The notes under the pieces are model-generated. The model did no database searches and had not been told where the DNA came from. It saw only the letters and a list, made by a program, of their open reading frames with translations. From assembly GCA_051313645.2 (NCBI GenBank), contig JBNRSN020000018.1, positions 15,500,001 to 15,564,000 on the forward strand: 64,000 bases of DNA. The letters are read 5' to 3'. The DNA comes from Centroscyllium fabricii. Its lineage: Eukaryota. Both the position numbers and the translations under genes were made by a program. Below, piece by piece: positions 51,803 through 62,115 of this stretch (positions are counted from its first letter, which is position 1; every line of letters starts with the position of its first letter).

Positions 51803-52731
51803 TCCTGTCCCTACCTGCAATTCCGCTAACTGCCGACCTGACTGAGATTAGCTAACTCAGCATAGACCGGGGATCAAACCATGCCACCTTATCACTTTAC
51901 CCCTGAGCCACTGGGGAACATACAGGAAAAAAAGTAAAAACCATAGTTCCATTTTGCTAGAGTTTATCTTCAGTTCTTTGTCATCTGAGGGTAGACAAAG
52001 AGATATCCAGAATTTAAAATATGGATTTAGGCTGGAGTTTCCACTTGTGTGCTCACTGACTTCAGTTTCCTGCAATTTCACATCAACGGTTACGGGGATG
52101 GGGTGGGATATGTGTCAGTGCAGGCTCGATAGGGATACGGGGAGAGGGCAGGGACAGGGTGCTGGGTTTGGATGATCAGCCATGATCTCATTGAATGGTG
52201 GAGCAGGCTCGAAGGGCCGAATGGCCCACTCCTGCTCCTAGTTTCTATGTTTCTATGTCTGCACACGCGCAGTTAAACGCTGAAATCCAGAAGTTGTTGT
52301 CAGTGATACATGACTCCTCCACAGGCTGCGCTGCTGCAGTCCTCATCGATAGACTCGGTAATCAAATCACTTTCATGGCATGAACTTGGGGTAATTACCC
52401 ACTAGTCTCGCACTAAAGATGGATGAAAAATTTAGGGCTAGTGTAATCAGGAGTAGCTGAGTTTTTAATGGCGTAATAAGTGATCATTTCTGCAGAACAA
52501 CCTTTCTGGCCCTGAAAAAAATAATTTTACAAGTGTGGAGTCTCATTCCCTCAGGAGAAAATTAACATTGCAGATTTTTTTTAAATAACTTTTTATTTTG
52601 TTTCTCTGTTTTTCTCTTTTATGTCTCTCCCTTAATCCCATCTGTATGTCCCAATCTTTATTCTGCTTCCTGTACAATGATTTAAATGTAATTTATATTT
52701 CCTGTTTTTTATTTCTTGCTTTGCAGTCTGC

Positions 52732-54607
52732 GGCCATGATTTTGCCGACTGAGTCAGATCCGGCATGGTTCATAGCATCTTTCTGATGCCTGCTCCAGCC
52801 CACACTCTCCAAATGATTTTATGTTGATTGGGCTTGTTAAGGCCGCCCTACAAGGTTCCCAGCCAATTAAAAGGAAGCGGGTCTGATGATGTCATTTGAT
52901 GACGTGTCATCAGTCAGTTTCCTTAAAGGGCTCATATCCAAATTGATTTTAACATTTGTGCTGTTAATGTTCAACAGCATTGAGGTGCTGCAAACATAGA
53001 AACATAGAAACATAGAAGATAGGAGCAGGAGTAGGCCATTCGGCCCTTCGAGCCTGCTCCACCATTCAATGAGATCATGGCTGATCATCCAAACCCAGCA
53101 CCCTGTCCCTGCCCCGTCCCCACATCCCTCAATCCCTATCGAGCCTGCACCGACACATATCCCACCCTATCCCCTACACTACAAAAAGGTTCAGGGCTGC
53201 ACCCAGGCTTTCCCATGAGTCACTGCACGCAGGGTGAAAGACAACTCCCCAGGACACCAACGCAGCCTGGTTGCATATTGCACAGGAGGGCACAGGCAGG
53301 GATGTCGTCAGAAGGACCAGGCTGCAGTGGCACAAACCTTCCAATGATCTCAGTTGATCACGAAATGTTACTGCCAAGTCACACTCAACCTCATCCTGCT
53401 GTGCCACTCATCACATCCCCATCACTCTGCCTTCCCTACCCTACTCCTGCACATCTTTACTCACACCAACTTACCTTGCACCTCCACCCATCCCTCTCTA
53501 TCTACATTATCGCTTCCCCATCTCACTAGCCGCCTTTCACACTCACCCTCATCATATTGCAAGTATACCAACTAACACACAATTGGTAGGCAATTGGATG
53601 GTTTAGCCAATGTTCATGTGAAGTTTCTAGTAATGTGGTGTCAAACATTGAAACCTTTATTTTCAACACTTTCTGTTCTTGGGCAGATTTGTGTGAACCT
53701 TTGGAAGTGGCTTAGTGAGTTGCAGTGAATGGTGAGACATAACGGTACCCTCCACCCCCAAATGGTGATGAGTGTGGAAGGAATGGCTTGGGCATTGTAG
53801 GGATGCTTTATGATGTTGGTGTGGGGTGGTGCCAATCTGGTGCACCATGTGGCAGCCAGTGTGTGCAGCGTCAAGTGATGTAAATCTGGCCATGGTGAGG
53901 CCATCCCTGGCCACCCGAGCAGCAATGTGGTCGGGTGCTGATGCCTTTTGTCCTGTGCAGCATCAGGTGATTGTGGAGAAGGTTGGTGATGTTGTTGGTG
54001 ATGTTGGTGTGCCTGGTGCTGCTAGTGTGGGGGCTGATTGTGGTGGGATTCTGAGGACCAAGGTGAGAGAGTTTCAAGGACACCAACGCTGATGGAATAG
54101 ATGGCGAGTGAGATGACAGAACTGAATTTGTTCCAATGAGGTGACACTGGATAGAGAGTTTGCTCCAAACATTTGCAACCTGCATAAAGCTCAATCTGTC
54201 TTCCAAATGCATAAGCAACAGCTTCTAACCTTGGAAAGCGAAGCCCTATGAAATGGAAGCTTTTATAGACCATTTGCAACTGTCAAGTTAGTAAATCATC
54301 CCGTGCTGACACAACAGCCGACCTCCTTACCGTGATCCCTGAACAGCGGGGAAGCCATTGGCGAACTCTAAAAATCTAAAGGTAAGCTTAAAATAAGACT
54401 TAATTGCCTCTTAACAATGCATTTAATGATCTAAATTGTCTCCCCGCCACTTGGTGTCTGGTCTGTTCAATGCTGACAGACCCAACACCTGGGAGACTCG
54501 CATGGAGGCGACTTGACAGCGGGTTCTTAACCCGCTGTCAATCGTTTCTATTTTGACAGCTGACCCGTCTCCAATCCCGCCCTCTCAGTACCGGTAAGAT
54601 TCTAGCC
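52732..54607. mobile_element. Decayed PIF/Harbinger element with Myb-like remnant
   Basis: GGCCATGATTTT ... AAGATTCTAGCC, TSD TGC/TGC. 53193-53365 (+) reads RAAPRLSHESL...AAWLHIAQE...VVRRTRLQWHKPSNDL. Confidence 0.65.
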
Positions 54608-54809
54608 TGCGTGGTCTGAGTGAGGAATCTTCAATTGGATTGGTTGAAGAGCTTTGCTGATGCTTGGCCTGCTCACAGATGCCAAAGATCCGCTGTAGAG
54701 GGCACCGGACTGGATCAGACACGGGATTATTAGAAGTCTCCGCCGACAAGCCCACAAAGAGTCTCCGGCAACTGTACGCAAGGTGAACGGCGAAAGGGCC
54801 ATTTACTGG

Positions 54810-55960
54810 TGATGCACAATCAATCACTACCAGTCGATGGTCAGATGTAATCAAGGCTTTTATTAACATAGAACTGGACACAGGTCTGACGCTCTTCCAA
54901 GCCAAAGTGAAAGCACTCAGGTGTGCAGGCACTCTTATACTCTGTGGGCGGAGCCTGGGGAGGAAGCCAAAGAGCGGGGTCCTCCCAGGTGAGTCCTCCC
55001 TGACAAGAAGGCAAGGAGTTGCAACCTTATAGTACAGTTACAGTACAGTTACAGGAAGGGGACACAAGGGGGAGATAATGGGCCAGAAATTCCGATGCCT
55101 AAAGCAGATGCCCACGGCGATGCCCACGAAAAATGCCCACGGATCCAAGATGCCCACGGATCTGAAACTTCCGATGCTGAGGGAGAAGGGCCCTCAGCAT
55201 AATGCCCAGGAATGAGTTGCACCCAAAAATTCCGATTCAAAAAGGGTCAAAAAGGGTCATTTTTTTCCATGATTCTGTGGGCAACGGAGCCCACAGATGC
55301 ACTTGAAAAAAGCTGGAGTAACTCGTTGGTGAGGTAGAGAGAAACGTTCTTAAGCATGGTAAGTTAATTTTTTAACTTTAATTTACATTTTTTACAGTTT
55401 TTGGGAGTAGTGTGGCCAGATCGGTAGCGTTAAATTTTTAAGTTAAAGTTTTTTTTTAAATTTAACAAATCCGATTTTAAGTTAATTTACCTGGTTGAAA
55501 TCGCTAATTTTTAAAGTTAAATTTCTGACATTTTTAACTCTCTAGCTAATTTAAAAAATTTAAAAATCTACAAGGAAAAAATGGCTGACTTACCTGCCGT
55601 TTCTTCCTCTGCGAAGCTGCTGTGCCCCCGCGCTGCTCCCCGCGAGTCTGTTGTGCAGCTCCGCACTTACCTGCTCTCACAAAGGTCCGACTCGGGATCT
55701 GTTCATTTAAATTAGGGATCTGGGGGGCGTTTTTTATTTAAATTTGGAATCTGTGGGCGGGGCTTACACTTCGCACGTAGCGTGGCTGGACTGCCACGTT
55801 GCGAGCGAAGGGGGCGGAGCCAATCGGAAATTTTGAGAAAAAAAAACCTCAGATGTTGCTGGGCTTCTTAAATGCTCCGCATGGTCCTAGTTGCCCACCA
55901 ACCGGCAAACCCGAATTTCTGGCCCAATATACAATATATCCAAGATAGTGGTTTACCACA
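54810..55960 (-). mobile_element. Solo LTR split by a MITE
   Basis: TGATGC...TACCACA, TSD ACTGG/ACTGG. Confidence 0.85.
55080..55925. mobile_element. Harbinger-type MITE (F2)
   Basis: 13-bp perfect TIR GGGCCAGAAATTC, TSD AAT/AAT. Confidence 0.85.
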
Positions 55961-55999
55961 ACTGGAATGAAGCAATTCCTGTATGCAGTTGTGACTTAC

Positions 56000-56160
56000 A
56001 TCAGCTGTAAATAAAGTTGAGTACTTAATTGAAAGGCTGACTGATGGCCTAAGCTTTATAAAGAGCTGTTTGAACTCTGATAAATTCACTTTGTTGACTG
56101 CAGCTAATACTATACTCGTGTACGGAAAGCTGTCTTCCTTAACTGCACAAGATGATCCTC
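56000..56160 (-). other. Candidate internal exon (161 bp) of an unknown transcript
   Basis: Polypyrimidine tract ttttccttctctgcatatttcgtgtttacAG, donor GAT|GTAAGT, open frame GSSCAVKEDSFPY...TLFTAD; lies in non-repetitive sequence. Confidence 0.35.
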
Positions 56161-56700
56161 CTGTAAACACGAAATATGCAGAGAAGGAAAACTAGATTAC
56201 TGGTTAACCCTCTGTATTTGTATCTATCTCCTGCAAGTGAAATGGTTCTCCCAGGAGTGTATCATCGCATTGCAGTTTTCCAAAACTAATCGAGTGAGTG
56301 AATGATAGGTTGATAACTAGAGGGCAGAAGTTTGAGATCATCACCCAGAGAAAGAATGGAAGAGGTTAGCAGAAATTATTTTACGAGGCCGGTTGTCAGG
56401 ACATAAAATGCCCCAGCAGAAACAAAAGTGAAAGCAGAATCCATAATCACTTTTAAAGGGAAGTGTTCTGTGTGCAGCCTCAGACTTTTGCAAAAATACA
56501 AGTAAACACCTTCAACAGTTTTCGGGGTGGGGCCGGGGCGGGGAACCTCTTCCTTTGTTCACTGTTCTTGTGGTATGGTGTTGTTACACAAAGCAGCCTC
56601 GACTGGATAATTACACCACTCACTCCATCCACAAAGCTTGACTGCTATTGTGAGTCCATAACTTTCTTCAAATGTAGCACCAAGAAATAAAAACAATATA

Positions 56701-57790
56701 GGGCGCGAAATTCACGAGCGCACCAATTGGGGCGCTAAAATTGGCGCTGCGCAAAAATTAGCGCTGGCGCTAAATTAGCACTGAAGCGCCTGATATTCAC
56801 TTTAGCGTCGGCCTTGCAGATTTCGGCGCTAAATCAGGTGTTGCACGAGAGCCAGCCAGCCAATTTCGTGGCGCTAATTGCCGATCACCGGCGCAGCGCT
56901 CCTTCAACAACTCCTTGCTTTCCCATGAACTCTGGAGCCGGAAAGGTCTTAAAGTGGGTAGGGGAAACATTGCATGATGTGTCGGCACCCCTCCCTCATC
57001 ATCTCCCCGATCTCTGCCAATACCCCTCATCATCTCCCCGATCTCTGCCAATGCCCCTCATCATCTCCCCAATCTCTGCCAATGCCCCTCATCATCTCCC
57101 CGATCTCTGCCAATGCCCCTCAGCATCTGCCCGATCTCGCCCGATCCACTCATCATCTCCCCGATCTCTGCCAATGCCCCTCATCATCTCCCCGATCTCT
57201 GCCAACGCCCCTCAGCATCTGCCAAAACTCACCCGACCTCCCTCATCATCTGCCCGATCTCTGACAACGACCCTCATCATCTCCCCGATCTCTGCCAATA
57301 CCCCTCATCATCTCCCCGATCTCTGCCAATGCCCCTCATCATCTCCCCTATCTCTGCCAATGCCCCTCAGCATCTGCCAAAACTCACCCGACCACCCTCA
57401 TCATCTGGCTGTTCTCGGGCCTCCCGCCCCCCTCTAGCATCTGCCCGATCTCGGGCCGCCCGACCACCCTCCCCCTCCCGCATCAACTGGCCGATCTCGG
57501 GCCGAAGAGGCTACCGAGGAAAGGGAGTGTCGCCATTTTAGCAGCGCCTGCAGCGGCCACACAAACCCTCAGCAGCGCTTGCCAAAGCTGTCGCTGTTAG
57601 CGCCAGGTGTTAAATCGGCGGCCGCGGCCGAATATGGGGCGCAGGACGGGCGTTGCAGGAGGATCGCGGCTAAGAATCAGGCACTGAAATTGGCGCGCTA
57701 ACAGTTAGCGCCGGCGCTAATCACTAGGTGAATTTAGCGCCCGGCGCTATTTTTGGCGGTAATTCAGCACCGGCCCATTAGCGCCCATTT
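56701..57790. mobile_element. Harbinger-type MITE rich in GCGCTAA motifs, with internal minisatellite
   Basis: GGGCGCGAAATTCAC start, inverted GTGAATTTAGCGCCC at 57728-57742; right end interrupted by CR1. Confidence 0.6.
56992..57410 (+). repeat. Minisatellite, ~31-bp unit, ~13 copies
   Basis: Unit CCCTCATCATCTCCCCGATCTCTGCCAATGC with variants. Confidence 0.9.
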
Positions 57791-57791
57791 T

Positions 57792-58530
57792 TGGTGTATG
57801 GGCTGTGAGGAGGATGCAGAGAAACTCCAATATGATTTGGACAGGTTGGGCGATTCGGCAGATGTATGGCAAATGCCATATAATATGGATAAATGCGAGG
57901 TTATCCACTTTGGTGGCAAGCTCAGGAAGGCAGATTATTATCTGAATGGCAATAGATTGGGAAAAGGGGAAGTGCAACGAGACCTGGGTGTCTTTGTGCA
58001 CCAGTCACTGAAGGTAAGCATGCAGGTGCAGCAGGCGGTGAAGAAGGCAAATGGTATGTTGGCCTTCATAGCGAGAGTGTTTGAGTACAGGAGCAAGGAT
58101 GTCTTGCTGCAGTTGTACAGGGCCTTGGTGAGACCACATCTTGGGTATTGTGTGCAGTTTTGGTCGCCTTATCTGAGGAAGGGTGTTCTTGATTGGAGGG
58201 AGTGCAGCGAAGATTCACCAGGCTGATACCTGCGATGGCAGGAATGACGTATGAGGAGAGATTGGGTCGATTGGGCTTATATTCGCTGGAGTTTAGAAGA
58301 ATGAGAGGGGATCTTATTGAAACTTATAAAATTCTAACAGGACTAGACAGACTAGATGCCAGAAAGATGTTCCCGATGGCTGGGGAGTCCAGAACCAGGG
58401 GTCACTGTCTAAGGATAAGGGGTAAACCATTTAGGACTGAGATGAGGAAGAATTTCTTCACCCAGAGAGTGGTGAACCTGTGGAATTCTCTACCACAGAA
58501 GGCAGTGGAGACCAATTCATTAAATATATT
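57792..58530 (+). mobile_element. CR1 ORF2 fragment
   Basis: ORFs 57753-58226 and 58193-58549, frameshifted. Confidence 0.9.
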
Positions 58531-58870
58531 CGTTGTGGCCTTGAAGTAAGCTTTCCACAAAGATCTTGCAAGCTCTGTGTAGAGACGTTCGGTTGAAATA
58601 AGTGTAAGTTAATGGGGATTCCCTAGTGCGACCTGCTGTGATAGCAACAAGCTGTCTGAGCAGCCAATCACAATGCAGAGTTCTCACAGATGGGGAACCA
58701 GGATGTAAAGAAGCTGTTTTTATTGTAACTTTTTAAAAAATGTTACAGAGAGCAAAACAAAGATTGGGGTTCTCACATGGGGAAAAGGCAAACCTGACAT
58801 AAAGATGAACAAACTCTTTTTTAAATAATTTATTTTAAAGTTTCTTACAAATTTTTATTTTTAATATAAT

Positions 58871-59985
58871 GGGCCCTGTCTTCCTGTGCTCCAGAAGAGC
58901 TGCCCCCCCACGAAAATGCTTCGTGGGGAGGCAGCTCAGGTGCTTACCAGAAACGTGAACTTCCTGTGCTGATGGGCAAGGGGCTTCAGCTTCCTCCCCA
59001 CGAAGCACTTTGAGCTGCAGACTTCCTGTACTCTGATGCTCAAAATTCAGGTGTACAACTTGGGGAAGCCTCCATTTTTCTGCCCACGTAAATACCAGTC
59101 TTAAGAGAGTGCAGGCAGGTTTGAGAAGTGAAAAAAACAGGTTTAAAGTTTTTTAAAAAATTATTCCTTTGGAGATATTTGTTTGTAGTCTTACAGCTTG
59201 TAAATGTGATGGTTTTTATATTTTTTTGTGATAGGTCAAAAATCGGCGATTTGAACCCTTGGCAGCTCTCAGCTGAAACAGCTCTCCCTCACAGCTCTCA
59301 GCGTATAAATCGCCGATTTTTTAACTATCACCAAAAAATAGATAAAGCTTTATGTTTGTTGTCTTACAGCTTGTAAATCTGCTGGTTTATATATTTTTTT
59401 GTGAAATTTTAAAAAATCGGGAATTTGAGCTGTTCAAATTCCCGATTTTTTAAAATTTCACAAAAAAATATATAAACCAGCAGATTTACAAGCTGTAAGA
59501 CAACAAACATAAAGCTTTATCTATTTTTTGGTGATAGTTAAAAAATCGGCGATTTATACGCTGAGAGCTGTGAGGGAGAGCTGTTTCAGATGAGAGCTGC
59601 CAAGGGTTCAAATCGCCGATTTTTGACCTATCACAAAAAAATATAAAAACCATCACATTTACAAGCTGTAAGACCAGCTTCCTACAAACTGAAAAAAAAC
59701 AAAGAAAAACTTCTTCCTTACCTGTTCTTTTCTTTAGTTGAACACTTGATTTTCTTTGATCTGTGCGTTCTGTGGGGGCGTGGTCTCAAAAAGCCGACCT
59801 CAGGGGGCGTGTCCTGCACCCGACCAACGCACAAAGCACTACGCACCAAAAAAAAACAGACCCCTGCCCACGAAAAAAAATCGACATTTCACACAGGAAG
59901 TCCAGCAGATAAAAAAATAAAAAATCTCGGACGGGTGCAAATCTGCACGCACCCGCAGCAACCAGGCCACAGGAAGACAGGGCCC
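58871..59985. mobile_element. Harbinger-type MITE (F4) with giant central palindrome
   Basis: 18-bp perfect TIR GGGCCCTGTCTTCCTGTG, flanks AAT/ATT. Confidence 0.9.
59188..59674. repeat. Near-perfect palindrome, 241-bp arms, 5-bp spacer
   Basis: 59188-59428 vs 59434-59674, spacer GCTGT, one mismatch seen. Confidence 0.92.
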
Positions 59986-60547
59986 ATTGTGTAAATTTGA
60001 CTCTCCACAAAATTAAAATTAGTTTTCCGGGGACAGAATGTTAGCTTAAGGCCCTGTCACACCTTGACGTTTTAGCCAGCGTATGCAAATTTGGCGAAAA
60101 CGTTGGTTTACGTCGGATACGTTATGGGTAAGTTTTGTATACGTTAAGAGCACGCTGGCATACGCTGGCATACGCTGGCATACGTCGTTGAGTCGAGAAA
60201 TTTTGAGCATGCACAAAATTTCTCGACGTATCCTGCGTATGACTCACACGTTCCGCATACGCTGGCCATAAGTTGTAGGCACGTTAGGCGATCGTTGACA
60301 CACGTCGACACACGTTACTTGTAAGTTAGTCATAAGTCAAAATACGTCGAGATAATGTCTAGCGTACCCGAAACTTATTTCTAACCTATGAGTAACGTGC
60401 TTTGAACCTATGTGTAACGTATCTCCAACGCATATTGACGTATGTAGACGTATTTGACGTCTTCCTGACGACCACAGAACTTACTGAATGTGTTTCTAAC
60501 TTACAGCTACCGTATAATGGCGTATTGGCAGCGTTTAGGGGAATTGG

Positions 60548-60556
60548 TATATAAAA
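60548..60556 (+). promoter_or_regulatory. Candidate TATA box of the transposase gene
   Basis: TATATAAAA about 75 bp upstream of the ATG at 60629; AATAAA at 62143-62148 downstream of the stop. Confidence 0.5.
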
Positions 60557-60628
60557 AATGGGGTTCACAGGAGGAACCCGTCAGTGTTCCAGACTCCATG
60601 GTGAGCAGATGTCCATGTCATCCGAGAG

Positions 60629-62115
60629 ATGGAGGATCCGGCAAGACGAGAATACCTACTAGCTGTCCTCCAACATCAACATGCCCTCATCGATTTGACA
60701 CTGTACCAGTTGCGTGCCAATAGAGCCAAGAGAAGAATAGGTGAACGGAGGAGAAGGAACTGGGTGAGACCATGGATCGGGAGGCGACGGCAGTTTGGCA
60801 TGTATGACCAGCTCATGGTGGAACTCCGTAACGAGGACCATGCATCCTTCACCAACTTCCTGCGTATGCCCCCAGCGATGTTCGACGAGCTGCTAGCCAG
60901 AGTGGGTCCAAGGATAACCAAGCAGTACACCTTCTACAGGGATCCGCTTGAGCCTGGCATGAAGCTGGCACTGACTTTGCGTCACCTTGCCTCTGGAAAC
61001 AAGTATGCCTCGATGAAGTTCGCATGGAGGGTCCCTCACAACACCCAGTCCCTAGTGGTCAGAGAAGTCTGTCAAGCCATTATTGACGAATACGTGGATG
61101 AGGTGATGGTTTGCCCAAGTACTCCTGATGGTTGGCGCGCCATAGCTGACAAGTTCTTCCAACGATGGAACTTTCCCCATACATGTGGGGCACTTGACGG
61201 GAAGCACGTGGCCTGCCGCTGTCCTCCAAAGACTGGGTCCCAATACTACAACTACAAAGGATTCTACTCCATTGTTCTGATGGCGCTTGTGGATGCTGAC
61301 TACAAATTCATTTGGGCAGATGTCGGCGGTACTGGATCTGCATCAGATGCGCAGATATACAATGACTCTGAGCTGAAGGAATGCGCTGAAGACGGTACCC
61401 TTCGTTTCACTGACCCTGAGCCTCTTCCCAACGACAACCAGGACGTGCCTTACTTCTTTATCGGTGACGATGCCTTCGCCTTACGACCAACCATGATGAA
61501 GCCATACAGCCTCCGTGGTCTGACGAATGAACAACGCATCTTCAACTACAGGCTTAGCCGAGCAAGGAGGGTAGTAGAAAATGCATTCGGCATCCTGGCT
61601 AACAGATTCCAGGTTCTGCTAAGTACCATGCAGCATCACCCCTCCACTGTCAAGCTCATTGTCAAAGCATGCTTGATCCTGCACAACCTCATGAGGACCA
61701 GGTAATTCATGTTTACATAGCATATATTATACAGTATACAATGAAATTTAACTTTTAGCCTATGCTTATAAACATTATATGATTTACCTTAAATTTTACA
61801 TGTATCATTATATTACTTTTTAATGTACAGCGCATTAGAATATATGTTTTTATTATAGGTGCGCTTTATAAGTAAATAAAATCAAATTCAAATTCCAGGT
61901 ACCCAGGACTACAGAACCAGCAGCTTGACCGGGCAGAGAATGAGAACCGCGACCTTGTTCCAGGAGCATGGCGACAGGGACATCAGTTGGAGGATACACA
62001 GACAGCTACTGGCCCCAACACTGCCTCCAAGGACGGAAGGAAACAGAGGAATCTCCTCAAGCAATGGGTTAACTCCCCAGCTGGCGCAGTTCCGTGGCAA
62101 GATAGGATGATTTAG
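60629..62115 (+). CDS. PIF/Harbinger DDE transposase (HARBI1/ALP1-like family), 2 exons: 60629-61701 and 61899-62115, 429 aa
   Basis: FTNFLRM, GALDGKH (D), YYNYKGFYS, FIGDDAF (D), FNYRLSRARRVVENAFG (E), LHN. A GT-AG intron at 61702-61898 joins in frame to ...WVNSPAGAVPWQDRMI*. Confidence 0.93.

Noticed and set aside
56992-57410. CRISPR-like array or 207-aa repeat protein
   Set aside because: Head-to-tail units without unique spacers, no cas genes, eukaryotic context; the ORFs arise from the repeat.
60629-62115. Domesticated host gene HARBI1
   Set aside because: Bounded by perfect TIRs and a TSD and nested in a MITE, so it is a transposon copy.
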